A stretch of DNA of 64,000 bases, from positions 1-64,000 of IMG/VR virus record IMGVR_UViG_3300000228_000002. One strand, written 5' to 3'. The first letter of the stretch is position 1. Each line of letters starts with the position of its first letter. Both the position numbers and the translations under genes were made by a program. Origin of the DNA: a virus. Shown piece after piece: positions 9,766 to 18,000 of this stretch. The notes beneath the pieces are model-generated. The model did no database searches. It was not told where the DNA came from and was given only the letters and a program-made list of their open reading frames with translations.

Positions 9766-9957
9766 ATGGCTAAAAGAATGAATCTTAAGCGACTTCGGGC
9801 AATGAAAGATTCACACAGTGGTGAACAGCAAGACTATCGTTTTGAGAAACCGCAATATCAAGACCCTCTCACTAGAGATTTAATTAACGCTAATAAAGCC
9901 GCCGCCAAAATGAAGAGAATGCACAAGAAATTGGGTAGAAAGTTTAGTAAAAAATGA
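9766..9957 (+). CDS. Small basic hypothetical protein
   Basis: MAKRMNLKR...; start lies 1 nt after the previous stop. Confidence 0.55.
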   Translation: MAKRMNLKRLRAMKDSHSGEQQDYRFEKPQYQDPLTRDLINANKAAAKMKRMHKKLGRKFSKK

Positions 9958-9983
9958 GGAACGCTTATTACAGCCGTTCCTCA
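9955..9983. terminator. Hairpin between convergent genes
   Basis: TGAGGAACG...CGTTCCTCA, 9-bp inverted repeat. Confidence 0.55.
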
Positions 9984-10008
9984 GACCTCTGCGTACGACC
10001 TGGTACAA

Positions 10009-10722
10009 TTAGTTAAGGATTTCTCCGTTTTTCTTCATTTCTAGGTAAACTTCGGAACAGATCGTACCAACAGCATATGGAACAGAGGCGTAAGATTTGG
10101 CAGACGCATGGCCATACCCAATTTTGTGCATGTGTTCATGACAGATAGTACCAACTATACCCGAGTCCTGACGTGTATCAAAATTCTTGTAGTTAAACCA
10201 AATTGTTTTCACTGTTTTGAAAGTCCAACCAAGCACTTTACCGGAATTAGAGTCCCACTGATACTGGAGCTCAACCTTATAATTGTTACACTTGTTGAAA
10301 ACCTCTGAGGATGCTCTGATCTTCTGATATACGGTTTCGTTAGCATCCTTGGTATCTGCAAATTGTGCCTTTCCTTTATACCAAGCACCCAATACTCTGG
10401 CTTTAAATTCCTCACTGTTCATGACTATCATTGAATAGTTGGCTAACTTCTTTACCCTTGCCATCCTAACTTCTGTAGTGTGTTGATTTGGAACGAATTG
10501 GATATCGTAGTCAATGTGCCCTGGATCCGAAATGTCACAAACGGATTCTACTGGCGTTGGTACTGGTACAGTTGGTACTGGGGGTGTAGGGACTGGTGCC
10601 TCAGTTGTTGGTACCGGAGTGGTTGGGACTGGTTTCGGTGTCGGTTTAGGTCTCCAAGATCCCATTGATAATGCAGTATTAGATAGCAAGAGTGTAACGA
10701 TTATGGTCGATAGAATTTTCAT
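10009..10722 (-). CDS. Secreted zinc metalloprotease-like protein with Pro/Thr linker
   Basis: Signal peptide, PTPKPVPTT repeats, HEHMHKIGYGH (HExxHxxGxxH), SVPYAVG. Confidence 0.75.
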   Translation of the reverse strand: MKILSTIIVTLLLSNTALSMGSWRPKPTPKPVPTTPVPTTEAPVPTPPVPTVPVPTPVESVCDISDPGHIDYDIQFVPNQHTTEVRMARVKKLANYSMIVMNSEEFKARVLGAWYKGKAQFADTKDANETVYQKIRASSEVFNKCNNYKVELQYQWDSNSGKVLGWTFKTVKTIWFNYKNFDTRQDSGIVGTICHEHMHKIGYGHASAKSYASVPYAVGTICSEVYLEMKKNGEILN

Positions 10723-10745
10723 AATTTCTCCTTGTGTGTTACTCT

Positions 10746-10780
10746 AATTTAACTCCTGAGGAGTCGAATAGTGTTAATTT
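10746..10780. promoter_or_regulatory. Divergent putative late promoters (GTTAAWTT) flanking palindrome ACTCCT-G-AGGAGT
   Basis: Motif on - strand at 10746-10753 and on + strand at 10773-10780; palindrome at 10752-10764. Confidence 0.4.
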
Positions 10781-10799
10781 GTGAGTTAGGGGAAAAGCA

Positions 10800-11513
10800 A
10801 TGACTACTGTTTACTTTCAACAACCGTTAAACTTCGTAAACTTTGATGTGGACGGAAGTGACAACTTGAGAAGAAGTAATCTTTTCAATAAGAATACCAA
10901 AGTGGTCGTTATCGACCCTACGGTTTTTTCTCCTGCTAGTATTTATTCTGAGGCTCAGGTAATAGCACAGCAATCAGTATTTAGTACACACTATCTATAC
11001 CCTGCTGTTAAACAGTTGGATACTGCATGGGCCAATGATGGATGGAACCTTACCAGTGATGCAACATTTAAGGCTCAGTTGAAAACATGGGCTGATAATA
11101 ATCTTGTACTAGGGTCTTTGATAGCTCCAATGGGGTATAATCTTAAATTGTCTCGTAGCATTGAGTATCAGCCAGAACCTGAATTCACGTTTGATAACAG
11201 TGGTTTCTACACATATACTTATAATAATGGTACTGGTGTAGTTACATATGAAGTTGGAGCTGATCTTTCAGGAGTTTCAATTGGGAATGCTTTCAGAGAT
11301 TCCAATGGTGTTTTCTATGATGTCATTGCAGTTAGTGTGATCAATGGAACTGTAACCATCAGAACTATACCTGGGAACACAATACCAGTCTCAATAGGTA
11401 CAGAGAACAACTCGAATCTCGATGGTTCTATATTTACTCTGGTTTTCTCGGAAAACCCTACTTTCTACACGATGGCTTTTTTCTATCCAGGAAACCAGGG
11501 TACTCCCCTTTAA
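10800..11513 (+). CDS. Virion structural protein sharing a domain with the large tail/fibre proteins
   Basis: YTYNNGTGVVTY...DLSGV..GNAFRD matches segments of the ORFs at 29655 and 34583. Confidence 0.6.
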   Translation: MTTVYFQQPLNFVNFDVDGSDNLRRSNLFNKNTKVVVIDPTVFSPASIYSEAQVIAQQSVFSTHYLYPAVKQLDTAWANDGWNLTSDATFKAQLKTWADNNLVLGSLIAPMGYNLKLSRSIEYQPEPEFTFDNSGFYTYTYNNGTGVVTYEVGADLSGVSIGNAFRDSNGVFYDVIAVSVINGTVTIRTIPGNTIPVSIGTENNSNLDGSIFTLVFSENPTFYTMAFFYPGNQGTPL

Positions 11514-11824
11514 CGTCCTGATCTAACTGATCCACCAGCTTCGATTGAACCGCCGACATCGTCGCAGTTGACTGATCCACCTGCTCTAACGGAACCTTTA
11601 ACGTCGTCGCAGTTGATTGATCCGCCAGCATTTATGTCACCTTCAACCGTTCCATTGACGTTGACCGACATGTCAGTGTCGATTTTCCCCACGTTTCCAT
11701 TGATGGTGATTTGGCCAGCATTAGCTAAAGATATCTCATTACCATCAACTATGACCTTCCCATTTCTGATAGTGACACTACCCGAAGAAGTTATAGTCTG
11801 ACCATTTATCGTGACTGTATTCAT
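11510..11824 (-). CDS. Beta-helix repeat protein (bactofilin/DUF4097-like)
   Basis: Repeats of G(D/S)(I/V)xAGGS(I/V)NCDDV. Confidence 0.65.
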   Translation of the reverse strand: MNTVTINGQTITSSGSVTIRNGKVIVDGNEISLANAGQITINGNVGKIDTDMSVNVNGTVEGDINAGGSINCDDVKGSVRAGGSVNCDDVGGSIEAGGSVRSGR

Positions 11825-11851
11825 TTTACCCCCTGAATAGGTTTAGGATGT

Positions 11852-12055
11852 TCATATTTCTTTACTGCTCAACAGGCCACTGTAATACTCTTCCCAATCA
11901 CCGAGATGCTCGAAATCCTGATTCAGGTCCATTTGCTGAACTCTCTCAGGCCCAGTCGGATAGTGAACCACCACTCTAGTGTCATTAACTCTCTCAACCT
12001 TGAGAACTTCGTTGGACTCCTTGTGGAGATATGCTCTTTCACTCTTCCTTGCCAT
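11852..12055 (-). CDS. Small SH3-like hypothetical protein
   Basis: GGGAG RBS; 67 aa. Confidence 0.55.
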   Translation of the reverse strand: MARKSERAYLHKESNEVLKVERVNDTRVVVHYPTGPERVQQMDLNQDFEHLGDWEEYYSGLLSSKEI

Positions 12056-12143
12056 CTTGGCTCCCTTTAGAAACTTTTATTAAAGTCGTTGACTAGTTTA
12101 GCTATGAGTATATCGGTTTACGAGATGGAACACCACGGTTTTA

Positions 12144-12986
12144 TTACTTTGACTCTTGGTAGTTTAGAGTCTGGACGAAATTGATTTCGCTGTTCAGATC
12201 CCTGTTGTTTGATACCAAATTCTTTCGATATTGATCTTTCTCATCTTCAGGTACGTAATGGTACTTGAGGATTCCATCTTCCAGAAGCTCTGGTAGTCTT
12301 GCTGAGGCAAACCCATAGATTGCTTGTCTTTCCTGATTTAACAGACTAGTAAGCTTTGCAACGGCCTCGGAACCCAATTCTTGGGCTAGTTTCTTGGAAA
12401 TGAATGTGATTCTAGATATAACCATGTGGTTAGAAATCTCGACTTCGATTTTCTTCTTCATTTCTTCATCTAGTTCAGTGTAACCAGCTACTTCATATGC
12501 TAGAATTGCGTGAGGTAGAGGCATAGTTGCACCAGCACTAACATGATCGATAAAGTTTTCTTCCTGGATCAATGGGATTTCGTTGTACAGGTGAACTGTT
12601 TTTGACTTTTCCTTTACTACGTAGCAGAAACCACCAGCATATGAATAAGTCAGGGGGAGAATTGTGTCAGTTTCCAACTCTTTAATACGAAGTTTAGTAT
12701 GGTCAGAATTGATATAGCTTTCAACGTGTTCATTTGAACGGAAGATGAATGGGAATTCCCACACTTTGAGCCAGGATTTTTCAGTCAGAGCCAACAATTG
12801 GGAGCTTGGGACCTGATAGATGTCCAGATCACCATTATCAATTTCTTGGAGAGGATTTTTCGGATCTTGATCTACAATGATTAGTTCAACTTCATACCCA
12901 GAATTAGCAAGATATTCATTGAACTCTTTTGCAATTCTCTTGTATTCTACTAGAGTATTTAGGACTGCCCATTTGATCTTCTTCAT
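12144..12986 (-). CDS. TRAP DctP-like solute-binding-fold protein lacking a signal peptide
   Basis: GDLDIYQ...LKVWEFPFIFRSNEHV...PLTYSYAGGF resembles the DctP family. Confidence 0.55.
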   Translation of the reverse strand: MKKIKWAVLNTLVEYKRIAKEFNEYLANSGYEVELIIVDQDPKNPLQEIDNGDLDIYQVPSSQLLALTEKSWLKVWEFPFIFRSNEHVESYINSDHTKLRIKELETDTILPLTYSYAGGFCYVVKEKSKTVHLYNEIPLIQEENFIDHVSAGATMPLPHAILAYEVAGYTELDEEMKKKIEVEISNHMVISRITFISKKLAQELGSEAVAKLTSLLNQERQAIYGFASARLPELLEDGILKYHYVPEDEKDQYRKNLVSNNRDLNSEINFVQTLNYQESK

Positions 12987-13067
12987 CCGTTATCTCCTAA
13001 AGCAAGGTCCATTAACCGGACCCAGGTACTGTTTCTACACATGGCAGATCAGTTATATAAACTTTTA

Positions 13068-13283
13068 TTATTCCATCAACTTTTTTGCAACATCTTCTAG
13101 GTCCGCATCTTCTGGCTTGTACACCACAAGATAATTACCGTCTAGAACATCGTGTTCCTCAGGGAACATTGTGACACCTTCGCCACCCAATTCTTGGGCT
13201 TTCTTATCAAGTAAGGCATCTTGCATTTCGATTTCATCGTCATCGGCATAATCAGAAAAGCTTCTTGCTCCAAAGGATTTCAA
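13068..13283 (-). CDS. C-terminal module of the upstream polyprotein, in the +1 frame
   Basis: Overlaps the end of ORF 13252-15693 at CTT TTC TGA T; the joined module resembles the last module of ORF 55328. Confidence 0.5.
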   Translation of the reverse strand: MKSFGARSFSDYADDDEIEMQDALLDKKAQELGGEGVTMFPEEHDVLDGNYLVVYKPEDADLEDVAKKLME

Positions 13284-15693
13284 CTGTGCTTGCCTTAACT
13301 TCGTATTCTTTCTTAAGAGCTTTAAGTTCTTTTTCGTCTTCTTTCTCTTGTTTTTTGATCAGCTTCTCTTGATCTTTCAGAGCTTTCTCGCCAGCTTCAA
13401 GAAGTTCACCTTCCTCTAGCTTACGGTTAGTGTACTCTTCAGAGAAGTGAGTGAATGGGAAGAATTCTTTACCATCTACTGAGTATTCAGCTGACATAAG
13501 CTTTCCACAGATTTCGTCTGTCTCACATTCAGTATTGCCTGCAATGCCAAGTTTCACTTTAAGTGATTTGTCTTTGAGGAAAACGTACATGTCGATAAGA
13601 GAGATAGAGTCGTTACCATTCGAGTATGTAGACTCAAAGTCCAAGTCTGCTGACTCTGAGAATTTCATCTCAAGTTCTTTCTCCCAATCGCCAGAAACAC
13701 TGCCAATCTTGGAGTTAATCAACTCGGCTTTCTTAATAACGTCGTTCATGGCTATAACCTTTGTTGAAGCAAAAGATTTGTTAAAAGTGTGTGGTGCCAC
13801 TACCAACTTAAGGGTTTCGAATTTCATTTCTGACCCATCAGCCATTTTAATCATATCATCTTTAAATTTTTCGGCATCTTTCTTAGTCTTAAAAAAGATT
13901 GCATCTTTAATGTCATTTGTTGTTTTGATGTAGTTGTTCTTAAAGGACTCTACATACTCAGATTTTGTTCCAACAGTTTGCTCAATAGTCCAATATTTCA
14001 CACTTACTGGTCTTGAGGCGGTAGTATTGTGAGTGAGCTTCTTAACTCTATACTCACTAGGAGTATGCTTCCTACCATATTCATCCCCTAACGTCTCCAG
14101 TTGAGTGTAGCAGTGGGATGCAATTTCTTCCACCTCTTCATCGGTAGCATCAGTGGTAAGTTCAATTGTGATAAGGTAGTCATTCATTGGTAGTGATGCC
14201 TTAGTCGAGGCATTGACAATGGTTTCATAATGAGAGTAGTTTGGTCTATCATTAATAACATCCACAACCCAAATATAGAGAGTTCCATTCTTATCGACGC
14301 ATGAAAGTTCACGATTTCCATAAGTGACGGATAAATCGCCCACATAGGTTTCGGTAGGCTCACCCTCTTTCATTACATCTTCAATACTGATTTCTTTTGA
14401 GATTTGCTCCAAGTATCCTGGGGCCAATTCATCCTCAGTCGAGGCATTGACATGTTTGAAGAATTGAACTCTCTTCTCAGTCTTACTCACTCTTTCTTCG
14501 CTTGGCTTTTGTGTACCATACCACTCCAGAACCTTAGAACCATCACTTGATACAAAAGCCCATTCCTTGCGGTCGGTATTTTTGTTATGTTTTTGTACCA
14601 ATTTGGCAATGGATTCTTTGTTATTTATGACGATATATTGACTATTTTTGGAATCATAATATCCAGAATCATTGTGACTATTTTGTCTGTCTACTTGCTG
14701 TCCCTCAGCCACAGAGTCCATTTTCTTTTGGAACTTAGAGAATGCCGGGTTTCTTTCCCCGTCGTAGATATCGAAGTTGTTGTATACCATGACATTCAAA
14801 CATCTTGCAGCATCCTCTCCTAGATCAGCTGCAATGTTGGCTGCTTCTTGGATTTTTTGAGCCTGAAGCTTATCAAACTCTTGTGCATTATTTGAGCGTA
14901 GCACAGGTAGATTGTCTACATTTTCCTCATAGATTTCCATATCGTCTTCGATATCAACCATGTGATCATGTGCTGCATAGTAGAATAGGTATGAAGCTAG
15001 ATATTGCCCTGCCTCTGGGTTCAGATGAGAGAAGGCATCCGATATTTTCTGAAGTTTTGGAAGGTCGGCATCGATACTTGCAGTTGATTTGGCTTGAGAT
15101 TCATGATACTCTTTGACTTTATTGAAGTATTCACCCAATTTTTTGATTAACGATTCAGGGCTCATTTTGTTAGAAGGAAATTTCACACCCCTTACACCGG
15201 TAAGGAGTTTTGCCTTTACTGATTTTGCATCTTCAATGTGATTTTCTTGGTAGTCGTCATCCCAGCCTTCGATGCGGAAAATGGTGTGAAGTGGATCGTT
15301 GTGGATAATTCCGTGCTCCCACTCATCTTTATTCTTGCCTAGTGCAAAGTGAACGTAGACATCTTTAGATCCAAGAGGCCCACTAGCTTGTACACCAACA
15401 TAAGAATTAGGGAAAATGCTTGTGATAACTTCACGTACTTTATCTGCCATATCTTGGTTAAGGATAGCAGCAGCTTTATCTAGGTCTTTAACCATGAAGC
15501 CCTCTACGAACTCCCAGAACACTCTGTCATCATTGAACATTTTCTTTTGATCTTGGTGTTCGAAATTGCCATCGTAGAAGCAGTATTTAGAGAAAGCTTC
15601 GTCAATCATTTTCTCGTTTTCTGCATAGTAGCGTTCTACCTCTGCATCAATATCTGAATCTTTAGAAATGTTTGAAGAATTAGCTTTGGACAT
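13252..15693 (-). CDS. Acidic modular polyprotein with ~10 x-x-A|S linkers
   Basis: KSTA|S, HVNA|S, IVNA|STKA|S, TTA|S, SFA|S, EVKA|S; contains an EKRVQFFKH module. Confidence 0.75.
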   Translation of the reverse strand: MSKANSSNISKDSDIDAEVERYYAENEKMIDEAFSKYCFYDGNFEHQDQKKMFNDDRVFWEFVEGFMVKDLDKAAAILNQDMADKVREVITSIFPNSYVGVQASGPLGSKDVYVHFALGKNKDEWEHGIIHNDPLHTIFRIEGWDDDYQENHIEDAKSVKAKLLTGVRGVKFPSNKMSPESLIKKLGEYFNKVKEYHESQAKSTASIDADLPKLQKISDAFSHLNPEAGQYLASYLFYYAAHDHMVDIEDDMEIYEENVDNLPVLRSNNAQEFDKLQAQKIQEAANIAADLGEDAARCLNVMVYNNFDIYDGERNPAFSKFQKKMDSVAEGQQVDRQNSHNDSGYYDSKNSQYIVINNKESIAKLVQKHNKNTDRKEWAFVSSDGSKVLEWYGTQKPSEERVSKTEKRVQFFKHVNASTEDELAPGYLEQISKEISIEDVMKEGEPTETYVGDLSVTYGNRELSCVDKNGTLYIWVVDVINDRPNYSHYETIVNASTKASLPMNDYLITIELTTDATDEEVEEIASHCYTQLETLGDEYGRKHTPSEYRVKKLTHNTTASRPVSVKYWTIEQTVGTKSEYVESFKNNYIKTTNDIKDAIFFKTKKDAEKFKDDMIKMADGSEMKFETLKLVVAPHTFNKSFASTKVIAMNDVIKKAELINSKIGSVSGDWEKELEMKFSESADLDFESTYSNGNDSISLIDMYVFLKDKSLKVKLGIAGNTECETDEICGKLMSAEYSVDGKEFFPFTHFSEEYTNRKLEEGELLEAGEKALKDQEKLIKKQEKEDEKELKALKKEYEVKASTVEILWSKKLF
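14203..14452. repeat. 16-bp direct repeat AGTCGAGGCATTGACA (14203-14218 and 14437-14452)
   Basis: Exact match. Both copies encode VNAST linkers, 234 nt (78 codons) apart. Confidence 0.85.
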
Positions 15694-15729
15694 GTTTGTA
15701 CCTTTAAATAGTTTTATTTAAAGATAACC

Positions 15730-16038
15730 CTACTCGAAATAGTCCCCTGTGTCTTGCCAGGGATCACGACCATTGCCTGAAGGGTATTTCTTTATTTTCT
15801 CTACTTTACCATTCTTGAGGGTCTTTGTGCTACAGTCATTGCATATAAGGGTGTCACCTTTTTTGATGACACTCGTACTTTTGCATTGTGGGCATTTCAG
15901 GGGTGGGATTTTGACCAATAGCATACAGGCACAACCACCTTGTGGGCACCCGTATGCTTTCCATAACTCGTCGTCATAACCATACTTACACAAATCGCAA
16001 CGGTTGTCTTCTTCGGTCATACTAGTCCTGGAGTTCAA
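15730..16038 (-). CDS. Cys-rich zinc-ribbon protein
   Basis: CDLC, CPQGGCAC, CPQC, CNDC. Confidence 0.6.
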   Translation of the reverse strand: MNSRTSMTEEDNRCDLCKYGYDDELWKAYGCPQGGCACMLLVKIPPLKCPQCKSTSVIKKGDTLICNDCSTKTLKNGKVEKIKKYPSGNGRDPWQDTGDYFE

Positions 16039-16220
16039 TCCTTGGACAGTTTCTTTTTACTTGAGTGGTAGCCTTCACTGTACTTGATGTTATCATGAAT
16101 GATGTAGATGGCACCAAAAGTGATCAAGACTGTTAGAATAATACCAATAAAGGAGCTTCTCCACTGTCCTTTAGTGTGAATCTCGTAGAACATAACTACA
16201 CTGATGATCATACGATTCAT
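16035..16220 (-). CDS. Small membrane protein
   Basis: Hydrophobic segment FIGIILTVLITFGAIYII; AGGAG RBS. Confidence 0.55.
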   Translation of the reverse strand: MNRMIISVVMFYEIHTKGQWRSSFIGIILTVLITFGAIYIIHDNIKYSEGYHSSKKKLSKD

Positions 16221-16249
16221 CTCCTTTAAATTCTTTAAAAGGATATTTT

Positions 16250-16452
16250 ATGAAAGGAAAGCATTGTAGTAAATGTCCGACTTGTTCGGGCCAATTAGCC
16301 TCTAATAAGCACACACCCGGCCATATGGTGCCAAGGGTACTAATCCGTATTGTGGAAGGTGCGATCGAGATTATGTATACGACGTATCAAAGACATCCGA
16401 GAGAATGAAGTCTAAAGAACAAATTAGGAAAGAGCTTGAAGATTCTGAGTAA
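16250..16452 (+). pseudogene. Frameshifted small Cys-rich gene
   Basis: MKGKHCSKCPTC in frame 0; RPYG...YCGRCDR...KEQIRKELEDSE in the -1 frame, with the junction near ACACACCC at ~16311-16318. Confidence 0.35.
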
Positions 16453-16567
16453 AATTATATGTAGAGCACTAGGTCACAATATGATACTAGTGGAGCTAGG
16501 TTGGCCATTTTCCAAATGGGTATGTACCAGATGCTATAAGAAGGAAGTCAAGGACTTAAGAAACTAA
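16436..16567 (+). CDS. DUF1660-like small zinc-finger protein (43 aa)
   Basis: ICRALGH...VCTRC. Confidence 0.5.
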   Translation: MKILSKIICRALGHNMILVELGWPFSKWVCTRCYKKEVKDLRN

Positions 16568-16686
16568 CGAGTGTCACATTTCCGTGATGGATAAAAATCC
16601 TTAGAAGGCAGATCATAGACACCGTTACAAACGTTAGAGTAAATAGCAGAGCAAGCATAAACATTCGATACCCTTAATTATGTTCA

Positions 16687-17724
16687 TTAGTCCCTTGTGC
16701 TAAATTGTCCGTCGAATTCGCTTGTTAGCTGGGTGATATCATTAGCTATGGACTTCATTTTAACACAGTGAGATTCTACCTGTCCAGATCTCTTAAGATC
16801 TTTAACGTGCTTACTACATCCATTGCATATCTGAAACATAGGACAAGTGAAGCATTCGCTCTTCAATGCTCTAAGGTTTGGATCTTTTTGGAGTGGGGTC
16901 TGCACCTTTCCTTTCTCCAGGACTTCACTATTGAAATCGACTTCATATTCGAGATCGTCTGCAAAGGCTCCACAGGTGAAATATTTCCCATCAGGGTGGA
17001 GTACCCTTATATGCTCATCACACTTGGATAGTAAAGGGCAAGAAGTGGGGATTGCATTGAGCCTATTCAACATTTGTTTCGTGTTGAACTCCCATTGTGC
17101 GAGACCTTCTCTAGCTATTTCGATATACTTCTCATATATCAAGCTTAAAGGAAATGGTTTCCCTTGTCTTCCAGATGCATTGGCATAGTTGACCTTAGCC
17201 TCGACATCCAAGTATTTTGCCAGTCTTACGGTATCAACCACTCTGTGAATGTTGTCCTCGTCGATGACCGCTAGGAAGTCTGGACGATACCCAATGTCGG
17301 CTAGGAACTTGTCCGAAATGGCTATGAAGTCTTTCTCCTCAAACACCCGATTGCGGTGGATTTTTCTCTTATTGCCATATTGGAAGGATGTAGCTATGGA
17401 CACACGGCTATGCTTGAACAACTCCAGCCACTTACTAGGTCTTAACCAGTAATCCCATAGATTAGTAGTCATTGAAATGTTGGCTGGGTAATTATTGTAT
17501 TCCAGATGTTTGATGAGTTCCCAATACCACTCAGGTTCGGTACACAAAGGGTCACCGCCATTGATGATGATAGTGGTAGTTTGCGGATATCTTTTGAGAT
17601 ATTGATATACTCTATCCAGTGATAGCTCATCATTGAAGTCCTCAGATAAACTCGGAGAACTACAAAAGGTACATGCAAAATTGCACTTGGATGTTACTTT
17701 TAATATTAACGAATTCGGTACCAT
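16687..17724 (-). CDS. Radical SAM/SPASM protein
   Basis: CNFACTFC (CX3CX2C), GGDP, SPASM cysteines CPLLSKC...TCG...CFTCPMFQICNGC...HC. Confidence 0.92.
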   Translation of the reverse strand: MVPNSLILKVTSKCNFACTFCSSPSLSEDFNDELSLDRVYQYLKRYPQTTTIIINGGDPLCTEPEWYWELIKHLEYNNYPANISMTTNLWDYWLRPSKWLELFKHSRVSIATSFQYGNKRKIHRNRVFEEKDFIAISDKFLADIGYRPDFLAVIDEDNIHRVVDTVRLAKYLDVEAKVNYANASGRQGKPFPLSLIYEKYIEIAREGLAQWEFNTKQMLNRLNAIPTSCPLLSKCDEHIRVLHPDGKYFTCGAFADDLEYEVDFNSEVLEKGKVQTPLQKDPNLRALKSECFTCPMFQICNGCSKHVKDLKRSGQVESHCVKMKSIANDITQLTSEFDGQFSTRD

Positions 17725-18000
17725 ATGAACCTAGTATGTCATCACTAACACACAATAAACATGAATAGCTACGTTGGTTTTACAACTAGAGTCAAGATAA
17801 TGCAAATATTTCATGAGCATGCCAGATCTGACACTTTACTCGGGAACGACATGAGAAGGTTTGGGCGGAAAACTTTGTTATTTCCGTGATTTTTTGTGGG
17901 TTAGACACTGTGGGCATAATGGAAGTTGACCTACGTGTGCCACAACGCCAACCAACATCAACCGTACAGGCCTTACTGCAGAATGTTTGACCAAATGCTG
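17725..18000 (-). pseudogene. Decayed gene remnant between the radical SAM genes
   Basis: Zinc-finger-like fragments FCSKAC and LCPQC in different frames, with stops. Confidence 0.3.

Noticed and set aside
10545-10650. GGTAC/GTTGG-rich repeats as a DNA repeat element
   Set aside because: Explained by the Pro/Thr/Val linker of the secreted metalloprotease.
12987-13042. 19-aa ORF MCRNSTWVRLMDLALGDNG upstream of the DctP-like gene as a leader peptide
   Set aside because: No RBS and no supporting motif; could be chance or a remnant.
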